From a virus (Duplodnaviria; Caudoviricetes), in IMG/VR virus record IMGVR_UViG_3300028580_000125, positions 27,623-91,622 of that record: DNA of 64,000 bases; one strand, given 5' to 3'. The notes beneath the pieces are model-generated. The model had not been told where the DNA came from and did no database searches. It saw only the letters and a list, made by a program, of their open reading frames with translations. Shown here piece by piece: positions 53,936-62,377 of this stretch. How positions within the stretch are numbered: the stretch's first letter is position 1; every line of letters starts with the position of its first letter. The position numbers and the translations under genes were made by a program.

Positions 53936-54943
53936 ATGGCTGACAAGTTGAAGTCTTGGCGTGATAATGTGCTCAAATATCTCAATGAGATTTGCAGCCC
54001 CGATGGGAGGGTACCCGGCGATGTGGCGAAGAAGCTCGTTGAGGGCAGTGCATGGTGGGAATCCCACCCCTCTGGGCCTGTTCGTGCGCCAAGGCACGCT
54101 GACCGGATTAAAGGCTGTGAGAAAAATTGGTCTGTCGAGTTCGGGGCAAACTCATTCTTGGTGTCTGCGGCGGTTCATAGTTGCTGCCAGTGCATTCGGC
54201 GGTGGATTCAGCAGCAACAGGCACAGCCAACTTATGAGGCCTGGACAAATCTTAACAAGATGCTTCAGGACATTGTGCGTAGTTCAGTCGCAAATTATCG
54301 TGGGGACAGGTATTCTGGCTACGGACATGGCACGCAGAGTAAGCTGATTTTTGGAGCGCAAGCCATAGATGTGAATGACTTTGTGGGTGGCATTGCTAGG
54401 TATCTGAAGACTCCAGCCCTAAACACTTTTCAGAAACGCATGGCGTCAACACCGCCACAGGTCAAAGGAAACGTTAAGGCTTCCATAAATCCTACAATCT
54501 GCCCGCAATGCCGAACAGAGGTCAACGCGTCCAATTTAGAAAGTCATATGCGTGAGCGCTGTCCAAAACGCGAGGGCAAAACCGCCGCTGTTCCCACAAT
54601 GTCAAAGCCTTCGATTAATCCTCCAGTCAATGCATCTCTGACCACCAAGCTTGGCTCGGGGTATGTGCTCTGCCCACGATGCCAGCGCCCTGTGAAGGCG
54701 GAGCATTTGAAAGCGCACCTAGAAAGGGCCGGCACGTGCTGTTCCCCAAAAAAATCTCGGAAAAAGACCTCATCAACGACAGATGCCTCACCAGTGCTGC
54801 AACAGATGCCGCGACCGCTGGGGAAAAACGAGGTCGTTTGCCCATGGTGCAACACTAGAATGAATAAAGCGACCCTCGCAAGTCATCAGTCTGACAGGTG
54901 CCCTAACCGCCCGTCACTTACTGCAAAAATCTCTGGACGTTAA
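53936..54943 (+). CDS. Hypothetical protein with three C2HC zinc-finger-like repeats
   Basis: AGGAGG SD; CPQC-x11-H...C, CPRC-x11-H...C, CPWC-x11-H...C. Confidence 0.7.
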   Translation: MADKLKSWRDNVLKYLNEICSPDGRVPGDVAKKLVEGSAWWESHPSGPVRAPRHADRIKGCEKNWSVEFGANSFLVSAAVHSCCQCIRRWIQQQQAQPTYEAWTNLNKMLQDIVRSSVANYRGDRYSGYGHGTQSKLIFGAQAIDVNDFVGGIARYLKTPALNTFQKRMASTPPQVKGNVKASINPTICPQCRTEVNASNLESHMRERCPKREGKTAAVPTMSKPSINPPVNASLTTKLGSGYVLCPRCQRPVKAEHLKAHLERAGTCCSPKKSRKKTSSTTDASPVLQQMPRPLGKNEVVCPWCNTRMNKATLASHQSDRCPNRPSLTAKISGR

Positions 54944-55050
54944 GGATTGCCAATGCCCCTTGCTATTCAGTCAACAGTCATCCAGTTGAAACCATACAAG
55001 ATTGGGTTAAGGCTGGGGAGATCTCCATTCTGAGATTCAGCTCCCCTTCG

Positions 55051-55263
55051 TCAGTTAGAAAAACCAATTTTCGCTCTGAGTTTTATCGTTTCGTCGTCCA
55101 CTTGCTCGAACTTAACAGCTCCAAAACAAATGCGTGATTTTGCAGCTGCGCAAACGGCCATAGGAATGCCTCTTTTGGGCAGGAACGCGTTGCAGTCCAG
55201 TCGCCCAGTTTTCTCCCCTGCAAAATGTTTGCACTCAAAGCACTTAAACCACGCCACCATCAT
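55051..55263 (-). CDS. Small Cys-rich protein (CxxCKH...CxAF...GIP)
   Basis: AGAGGAG SD upstream on the minus strand; metal-binding-like motif. Confidence 0.5.
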   Translation of the reverse strand: MMVAWFKCFECKHFAGEKTGRLDCNAFLPKRGIPMAVCAAAKSRICFGAVKFEQVDDETIKLRAKIGFSN

Positions 55264-55290
55264 AATTTTGCAACTCCTCTATTACCCGTG

Positions 55291-55372
55291 TCTAATGGGA
55301 TGGCCTCGCCCGAACAAATCGGCCATGCATAGGAAAAACAGACAACCATGCAAAGGAGGCCATCCCATTAGA
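55291..55372. repeat. 17-bp perfect inverted repeat with 48-nt spacer
   Basis: tctaatgggatggcctc (55291-55307) / gaggccatcccattaga (55356-55372). Confidence 0.7.
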
Positions 55373-55612
55373 TAAAAGCCATTACCGGGAACTACTTTTT
55401 AAGCCAAACTTGCGTGAAAATCGTTCGACCTTATACCGCACTTCCATCTTTTGAAAAACATGTCTGGAAATCAATGATAGCGTTTGCGAGAAGAGTGTGG
55501 CTGCACAGTTCATGCTCAAAACACCCTTGATATACGATGTGTTAAACAGTTTTTATCGCATACATCTGGGAGATTTTGAACATGCTTCCTAACTTTTAGC
55601 TGACAAGATTGA

Positions 55613-57379
55613 TTAATCCACATCATTCAATAGCTGGTTCAGCTCCAGGGTTTTTCCCTCGCATACGAACCTCGCCGCCTTTGCCAGGATCTCTGCCCTA
55701 GCCAAAAGGAAGGCTTCATAGTCGTTTTTTACCCGAGCACACCGCACATCGTCGGTTATGCCGTCATAGCCAACAGCCAGTTGGTGATAGGGTATGAGAT
55801 GAGTTTTCAACCGTCGCTTCATCTCCTCTTTCCCAAGGGCACAGTTGTCCGCCCGTTCTTTCAGGTAGGTAATAGGATCCTTGTCCGAGATGGTGCGGTT
55901 TGTCCGCCAAGTCACCAGCGCACAGTTAAGCGCCCTGAAAATCTGAGCATCAGGGATACCCGCATCATCAAGCGTCGCGACCGGAAAGAGGTGATGATAC
56001 TCTCGAGGATGTTCTTTGGATGTGATGGTGGCGACAGTCGCTCGCGCACCGTCGGCTAGGTCTTCAGCACCGCACTTGAGCTGCAGCGACAACAATCCAC
56101 GGCCAAGGATGGTTTTGCGCTTCGGCCAGTCGGCCTGCAGCACCATTTCCTTCGTGGGAAGCGGATACGATTCCTGGTTTAAAATCGGCACAACATCCTC
56201 GGTGCCACGATCGCAAAGCACCTTTAGTAATCCTCGGTAATCCTGCAAAGCGCTCGATGTGGATGACTGCTCATAACGCGATGTTAGAAAAGCCCGCCAG
56301 AGGTATTTGCGCAAGAGGAGTCTGGCGTTACCCAACTTGTCCGGCTGCGTCGGCAGATGCTCCCAGAGCGCGGCGATAATGGGGATGGCAGTGTAGCTTG
56401 GAAGCCGCTGGGCGTCGAAAATACTCTCGTCTTCGAGAAAACTCACCATACCACTGATGCCTTTAACGACCGTTTCCCACTCGTTGAGCATCTGGGGGTA
56501 ATCGATTCCCCGGTATCCCGCTTGGCTTGGGATGCGATCCTGGCGCAAAGCCACCACGTCCAATACCAGCCCCGGTAGGTCAGCGTATTCCGCTGCCCGC
56601 GGAACGGCTATGCTCAGGGCGTCCACATGTTCGTGTAGCGACTTCCCAGTTTCTTCTTCGACAAGCGCAACCACGATGTCGTAGGTGGATAGATGTACCG
56701 AATTGGTGTTCATTTTGATGAAGACGTCCAGCGCTACTTCCTTGGGCGTCTTGGCTGGCAGGGCCAGATACGGCAGATTGAATTCCTTTACCTTATCACG
56801 CAGCGCGATGATCTCGTCGAACAGCTTGTCTTTCTGCTCATGATCATTTTCGACAGCAGCAGCAATCCATTGACGAATCTCCGGGAGAATATCTTCCGGG
56901 CGCAACAAGGTGATCGGGATAAATCCTCGACCCCAGCACTCTTTCGGATCATCCACCCACATGGGGTAGTGGCTGCCATTCTTGTTCCAGCGGGCTTGGC
57001 CGTAGACATAAGGCAGCTTCGTGCCCTCATCACTGGGGTCATCCTCGAAGCCAATCAGGTAGCTTCGGTCCGAGTACTTATCGTGAAAACTGCGCCACAG
57101 GGCCGTCAACCTCTGTTGACCGTCCAGGAGTTGTTCCGTCACTTTTGCACCCGACTCCGGTGCGTCGACCATGGTGCGACTCTTGAATTTCTCCTCATCG
57201 CCGACCTCTAGGATCAGCGTCGCGCCTGAAGGCAGACCGCGTAAAACCGTCGTCAAAAATCCGGAGACCTCTCCATGTCCCCAGGCCAAGAATCTCTGGA
57301 ACCGGGGCAACGTGATTTGTCGCGAACGAATTCGTTCAAACCATTCATGCAGAAATCTATCATGCGCATGCATGGGCAA
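55613..57379 (-). CDS. DUF262 plus HNH-like (GmrSD-type) modification-dependent nuclease
   Basis: LPRFQR, LLDGQQRLT, VFIKMN; C-terminal EYHHLFP...N...TN..I. Confidence 0.8.
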   Translation of the reverse strand: MPMHAHDRFLHEWFERIRSRQITLPRFQRFLAWGHGEVSGFLTTVLRGLPSGATLILEVGDEEKFKSRTMVDAPESGAKVTEQLLDGQQRLTALWRSFHDKYSDRSYLIGFEDDPSDEGTKLPYVYGQARWNKNGSHYPMWVDDPKECWGRGFIPITLLRPEDILPEIRQWIAAAVENDHEQKDKLFDEIIALRDKVKEFNLPYLALPAKTPKEVALDVFIKMNTNSVHLSTYDIVVALVEEETGKSLHEHVDALSIAVPRAAEYADLPGLVLDVVALRQDRIPSQAGYRGIDYPQMLNEWETVVKGISGMVSFLEDESIFDAQRLPSYTAIPIIAALWEHLPTQPDKLGNARLLLRKYLWRAFLTSRYEQSSTSSALQDYRGLLKVLCDRGTEDVVPILNQESYPLPTKEMVLQADWPKRKTILGRGLLSLQLKCGAEDLADGARATVATITSKEHPREYHHLFPVATLDDAGIPDAQIFRALNCALVTWRTNRTISDKDPITYLKERADNCALGKEEMKRRLKTHLIPYHQLAVGYDGITDDVRCARVKNDYEAFLLARAEILAKAARFVCEGKTLELNQLLNDVD

Positions 57380-57972
57380 TTTTTCCTTGGATCGTCATCA
57401 TGAGTTTTCTCCTATGTAAGTGCCTAGGTTGAGGTAATTCTGAGCCTTTGTCAGTCTCTTGACACGCAGACAGAAGTGATCCCCGTTGCTCAGGCAGGAA
57501 ACCGTGGGGCTTTAGCTTACCTTTTTCCTCATTAAGCTGCCTTTAATAGCCATTGTTGATAGCAGCTCTCTAGAGTTGTCCCATCCAGGCTGCTGTGCGA
57601 GCGGGTCTGATTGTAAATGTTGATCCATCTGTAGATGCGATGTAGCTCTAAAGACGATATGGAAAAGGCCAACAAAAGAAAGGATAACCCCGCTTTCCAT
57701 ACGTCCGAAACGACGGAGATTGGACCCGACGCGGAACGTGCTGGTCATCCCCTCTCTGCAAAAATTGTTAGTAATACTGCGGCTGTTGTCAATAAAAGCG
57801 CGCAGGCCACTTCTCCAACTTCTGAATATGGAACAATGTTACTCATCAATTTTCAAGAATATATTACACTTACAAGAACACCAGAATAACATTTCAAATC
57901 ACCCCAACAGCCCTGTCCAGCACTACGCCGGGCGGGGCTTCGTCGTTCTGTTATCATCAGAAGGAGTTCCAT

Positions 57973-58674
57973 ATGACCCCTTATCAATCCGAAAATATCA
58001 CAGAATTGGCTAAGGCCCTGCTAACCGTTCAACGAACCGTGCAACCGGTTACAAAAGACGCTGAAAATTCCTTTACCAAAAGTTGGTACGCCAGCCTCAA
58101 CAGTGTTATGGACGCCTGCCGCGACGCGCTCATCGAAAATGGTATCTGGCTGTGCCAGTATCCTGTGCCTGTGGAGCAGCCCAACTCCTTAGGGTTGGTT
58201 ACCAAACTGACGCACGCAGAGTCTGGCCAGTGGCAAAGCTCCCTTGCAGTTGTTCCTCTGCCGAAGGCCGACCCGCAAGGGATGGGGTCGGCAATGACAT
58301 ACGCTCGCCGCTATGCTCTAACCGCCATGTTGGGCATGGTAACTGAAGATGACGATGGTGAAGGGGCTAAAAATGGCAAAAAATCACCCACACGTCCCAA
58401 ACTGCCCGTAATTACCCCTGAATCACAAAAAGCACGCCAACGCGAACCATCCACCGCAAACAACATTTCAGCGCCCTCAAATTGCCCGTCAGCAAGCCTT
58501 GACAATCTCCCACCGCTAGAAGGCATCACCTACCAGCAGGTCACAGCTCAGGATGGGCGTCCATGCATCATTGCCACCGGCAACACACAGGCGAAAAAGG
58601 AATTGCTTACCGGTTCGGGCTTCCGCTGGAACCCGCAGAGAAAATTGTGGTGGAAGTATGTTGACGTCGCATAG
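57973..58674 (+). CDS. ERF-family single-strand annealing protein
   Basis: KDAENSFTKSWYASL, TKLTHAESGQW, PQGMGSAMTYARRYAL, EDDDG. Confidence 0.9.
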   Translation: MTPYQSENITELAKALLTVQRTVQPVTKDAENSFTKSWYASLNSVMDACRDALIENGIWLCQYPVPVEQPNSLGLVTKLTHAESGQWQSSLAVVPLPKADPQGMGSAMTYARRYALTAMLGMVTEDDDGEGAKNGKKSPTRPKLPVITPESQKARQREPSTANNISAPSNCPSASLDNLPPLEGITYQQVTAQDGRPCIIATGNTQAKKELLTGSGFRWNPQRKLWWKYVDVA

Positions 58675-58742
58675 CAAAAATAAAAATACCGAGTGAGAGG
58701 GCTGCCTGATGGCGGCCCTTTCGCTTTTATGGAGGCTAAACC

Positions 58743-59906
58743 ATGGAACAGAAGGACCGCACGGAAGGATTACGGGCGTTAATTCGGCAAGGCCTGCAAG
58801 CCGTTGCCCACAAAGACACACTGGCCCATCTGGGTGACCGCACCAGTTACATTGGTATGAGCGACATCGGCCAGCACTGGGAATGCCCACGAGCTGCGTT
58901 GGCCAGAAAGGTGCTCCCCACCACAAACAGCCTGGAGCGTCTGCTTACGCTGCAGCGCGGGCACTGGTTCGAATCTGGGGTTGGGCAAGCTCTGGCATCG
59001 CAGGGCCTGCATGTATTGCCCCAGCTTGAAATCAGCTGGCAGCATCAGGGCGTGCCCATTAAAGCCCATCTTGATTTTGTGCTGGTCTGGGGTGCGCCCG
59101 TCAATGCCATACGCATTCTGGAAGTGAAGAGCACTGACAAACTGCCTACTTCGCCACATGATTCCCACCTGCTACAGCTACACGGACAAATCGGCCTTCT
59201 GACAAAAGCTTGGAATAAACCCGTCTTCAGCCTCCGAGCTGAGGACGGCACGCTTATGCATGACAAAATGACATTCTCTCAGATTTGTCGTGCCCATTTC
59301 GGCCTTGAGATGCCCACAACTGCTGCCAAGACAAGCATAGAAGCATGGTTGCTGTGCCTTTCCATGAAAGAGGTAAGGGCGTTTGGCCCCTATGGCTTCA
59401 ATCAGGCCATGCTCGATACGGCCCTTGACCATGCGGCACAGCTGTGGGCTGAGCTAACAGCATTTCGTGCAGGGCACACAACTCTGGCACGTGTGGATTG
59501 CGCTCAAGGCTTTTACCCATTGTGCGCATACTGCGAACACAACAGCGGCTGCCCTAAATTCCCGCAGGGCGTGCAAATGCCGCAATGGGAACCAGCTCTG
59601 GAAAAGCTGGCGGCCCTCAAGGAACAGCGCACTGCCTTAGATAATGAAATCAAAGAAATGGAGACGGTGCTCAAGCTTGTTCACCGCCAGGCTGGCACAC
59701 GAGATTGGGTAGACACTGGCACCTATCGCTTCCGCATGTCTGTGGCAGCAGGGCGCACCACTTTAGACAAGGATGCACTACGGGAGGAGTTGACCGAGAT
59801 TTTTCACTCTAAGCACCAGGGCGACATCAACGTGGACACCTTGCTGGCCCGTTGCGAGCGCACCGGTTCACCTTTCGAAAAACTGAGCATTTCGCCCATA
59901 AACTAA
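58743..59906 (+). CDS. Cas4/AddB-like PD-(D/E)XK exonuclease with 4-Cys cluster
   Basis: ECPR...HLDF...LEVKS...QL..Q...CAYC...CP. Confidence 0.7.
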   Translation: MEQKDRTEGLRALIRQGLQAVAHKDTLAHLGDRTSYIGMSDIGQHWECPRAALARKVLPTTNSLERLLTLQRGHWFESGVGQALASQGLHVLPQLEISWQHQGVPIKAHLDFVLVWGAPVNAIRILEVKSTDKLPTSPHDSHLLQLHGQIGLLTKAWNKPVFSLRAEDGTLMHDKMTFSQICRAHFGLEMPTTAAKTSIEAWLLCLSMKEVRAFGPYGFNQAMLDTALDHAAQLWAELTAFRAGHTTLARVDCAQGFYPLCAYCEHNSGCPKFPQGVQMPQWEPALEKLAALKEQRTALDNEIKEMETVLKLVHRQAGTRDWVDTGTYRFRMSVAAGRTTLDKDALREELTEIFHSKHQGDINVDTLLARCERTGSPFEKLSISPIN

Positions 59907-59997
59907 AAAATGGGGTGCTCATGACCACCCCCTCACTTTTATCACGTTCCCCACAACAGCCCCGCCATGGGGCAGTTTTCGTTTTAAGGAGCTAGGC

Positions 59998-61326
59998 ATG
60001 AATAATATCGACGACCTCAGTAACCTGCAGCCCACCGATCTTGATGCAGGCCAGGTATTCAGTGGCAAGCCCTCTGGCACCACGGTCAGGGGCTACGCCG
60101 TTCCCTCGGCCTACACCCCGGCCATTGACCACGACTATATGTTCCATGAGTCCAGCCGCGATGTTGTGGTCTGGTTTCTCAACGCGCAGGAACCGCTATA
60201 CATTTTCGGTCCTACAGGCTGTGGCAAGACGACATGCATCAAGCAACTGGCAGCCCGCCTAAACTATCCAGTCTTTGAGGTTACTGGGCACGGGCGGCTG
60301 GAGTTTGCCGACCTGGTTGGTCACCTGACAGTAAAAAATGGCAGCATGACCTTCGAGTACGGCCCTCTTGCGCTTGCCATGCGTTACGGGGCGATAATCT
60401 TGCTGAACGAAATTGATCTGACCTCGCCAGAAATTGCAGCAGGCTTGAATAGCGTGCTGGACGGCTCCCCCCTATGCATTGCGGAAAACGGCGGCAAACT
60501 GATTGCGCCGCACCCCATGTTTCGTCTGGTTGCCACGGCCAATACCAATGGCGGTGGCGATGACACTGGCCTCTACCAGGGAACGCAGCGGCAAAACCTC
60601 GCTTGGCTTGACCGTTTCACCATCTGTGAAGTGGGCTACCCATCTGCTGATGTGGAAAAAAGCCTGCTTGCCCGGCGCTTCCCATCGCTACCCGAATCGT
60701 TGTGCGCCACCATGGTGGACTATGCCAATGAGGTTCGAAAACTCTTCATGGGTGAGGCTACCACCAGCAATCTGACCAGCACCATAGAAGTAACATTCTC
60801 CACACGCAGTTTGCTGCGCTGGGGTGATCTGACCGTTCGTTTTCAGCCGTTGGCCAACCAGGGCATACAGCCCATCACCTACGCCCTTGACCGGGCGCTG
60901 GCATTCCGTGCAAGCCGTGAAACCCGTGCCATGTTGCACGAACTGGCCCAACGCATGTTCCCGCAGCAGATGGAAGATGAGACCCCCAAAACAGGAACGC
61001 CTGAAGCAGAAATTCTGCAAGGCGAGCAAGCCCTACGCTTCATGCGTGGCCATCTGCACCACACACCTACGGTGGCCAAGCCCCTCGTTCATCTTCAGGT
61101 AATCCACAACCTGTCTGGCAAAAAACAGGACGGCAAGTTTTGGATCGGCGAAGCCAGCCCTGTGGGCCTCACGCTAAAGTGGGGCAAGCCAGATACCGTT
61201 GGACAGCAGCACTTTATTCCCGCCGAAAGCTGTGAAGGTAACAATTCCGTGATGGAGCTTGAAGCCCGCGCAGAAAAGAAAATCAAAGAAGGCTACTCCC
61301 TCAATACAACAAAAAGATCATTCTAG
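59998..61326 (+). CDS. MoxR/CbbQ/CobS-like AAA+ ATPase with C-terminal WGR-like domain
   Basis: GPTGCGKT, LLNEID, ATANT, DRF, STR; C-terminus KFW...KWGK...GQ...KIKEGY. Confidence 0.8.
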   Translation: MNNIDDLSNLQPTDLDAGQVFSGKPSGTTVRGYAVPSAYTPAIDHDYMFHESSRDVVVWFLNAQEPLYIFGPTGCGKTTCIKQLAARLNYPVFEVTGHGRLEFADLVGHLTVKNGSMTFEYGPLALAMRYGAIILLNEIDLTSPEIAAGLNSVLDGSPLCIAENGGKLIAPHPMFRLVATANTNGGGDDTGLYQGTQRQNLAWLDRFTICEVGYPSADVEKSLLARRFPSLPESLCATMVDYANEVRKLFMGEATTSNLTSTIEVTFSTRSLLRWGDLTVRFQPLANQGIQPITYALDRALAFRASRETRAMLHELAQRMFPQQMEDETPKTGTPEAEILQGEQALRFMRGHLHHTPTVAKPLVHLQVIHNLSGKKQDGKFWIGEASPVGLTLKWGKPDTVGQQHFIPAESCEGNNSVMELEARAEKKIKEGYSLNTTKRSF

Positions 61327-61335
61327 GAGGCTACT

Positions 61336-62373
61336 ATGGCACAACTTGTTTCTGACATCCGTATTCTTGATAACTTGCTGGCCCTCAACCTTAACGTCAG
61401 CTTGTGGTCGGCCCGTCGTAAAATGAGCCAAGAAGACCTGGGCGGCGCAGAACTGCCCCCTGAAGATTTGGCCTCGCTGGGCTCAAAGCGCATTGCCGAC
61501 CCGGAGAACCTCAAGGTGTTCGGCACGCTCAAGGCCCGTGCCTTCAACTACCTTGACCGGCACGGGGTGCGGTTCATGTCTGGCTGGGCCATACCCGAAG
61601 AAAAGGCCGGCGAGATCGTGCAGGAGCTGCTCAGCATCCGCACCGAGTTCCAGAAAGAAAAGGAAGCTTTTCTGGCTGACTATGACCAAAATGTGCAGGC
61701 ATGGATTGAGAAGCACCATCAGTGGGGCGAAATTATCCGCAACTCCCTTGTGGGGCCTGACTATGTACGCGCCCGCATGGATTTTCGCTGGCAGTTGTAC
61801 AAGGTGGCCCCGCTTGAGCAGCACGCAGACAACACCGCTGTGCTGGAAGCCGGGCTGGCGGAAGAGGTGCAGGGCCTCGGCGGCACCCTGTTTGATGAGG
61901 TAGCCAAGTCTGCCGATGATATATGGCGCAGGGTCTACCATGGCAAGACGGAAGTGACCCACAAGGCGCTCTCGCCGCTGCGCACCCTGCATGCCAAGCT
62001 CACGGGCTTGTCTTTCGTAGAGCCGCATGTGGCCCCAGTGGCTGACATCGTGCAGGCTGCACTGCAGCGCATGCCCAAGAAGGGCAACATCTCCGGTACA
62101 GACCTGCTGCTGTTGCAAGGGCTGGTCTGCCTGCTCAAGGACAGCGTGGCTCTTGTGGGACACGCTCAGAAAGTTATTGAGGGCTATGGCCCGGCCTTTG
62201 TGCTGGATGCCCTGCTGGTTGGTCCGGGCGTTATCCACGAGCTGGACGGCCCTGTTGGACAGATGGATGGCACCGTGGACGGGGATATGGATGATGAGCC
62301 CGTTCTGCCTGATATTCCTGTGGCAGATAGCGCGTTGTCGCATCCTGCCATACCCAGCCTGGGCCTGTGGTGA
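61336..62373 (+). CDS. DUF3150-family protein
   Basis: SLWSARRK, LPPEDLASLGSKRIADP, GVRFMSGWAIP, LSFVEP. Confidence 0.75.
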   Translation: MAQLVSDIRILDNLLALNLNVSLWSARRKMSQEDLGGAELPPEDLASLGSKRIADPENLKVFGTLKARAFNYLDRHGVRFMSGWAIPEEKAGEIVQELLSIRTEFQKEKEAFLADYDQNVQAWIEKHHQWGEIIRNSLVGPDYVRARMDFRWQLYKVAPLEQHADNTAVLEAGLAEEVQGLGGTLFDEVAKSADDIWRRVYHGKTEVTHKALSPLRTLHAKLTGLSFVEPHVAPVADIVQAALQRMPKKGNISGTDLLLLQGLVCLLKDSVALVGHAQKVIEGYGPAFVLDALLVGPGVIHELDGPVGQMDGTVDGDMDDEPVLPDIPVADSALSHPAIPSLGLW

Positions 62374-62377
62374 CGCC

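Noticed and set aside
55285-55378. Integron attC site
   Set aside because: The ends read TCTAAT/ATTAGA rather than the conserved AAC/GTT, and there is no integron integrase or cassette array.
58743-59906. CRISPR-Cas locus suggested by the Cas4-like gene
   Set aside because: No repeat-spacer array or other cas genes were seen anywhere in the window.
62027-62377. N-terminal extension of the vWA ORF from the ORF track
   Set aside because: It overlaps DUF3150 by ~350 nt and is Cys/Trp-rich off-frame sequence; ATG 62378 just after the DUF3150 stop is more plausible.
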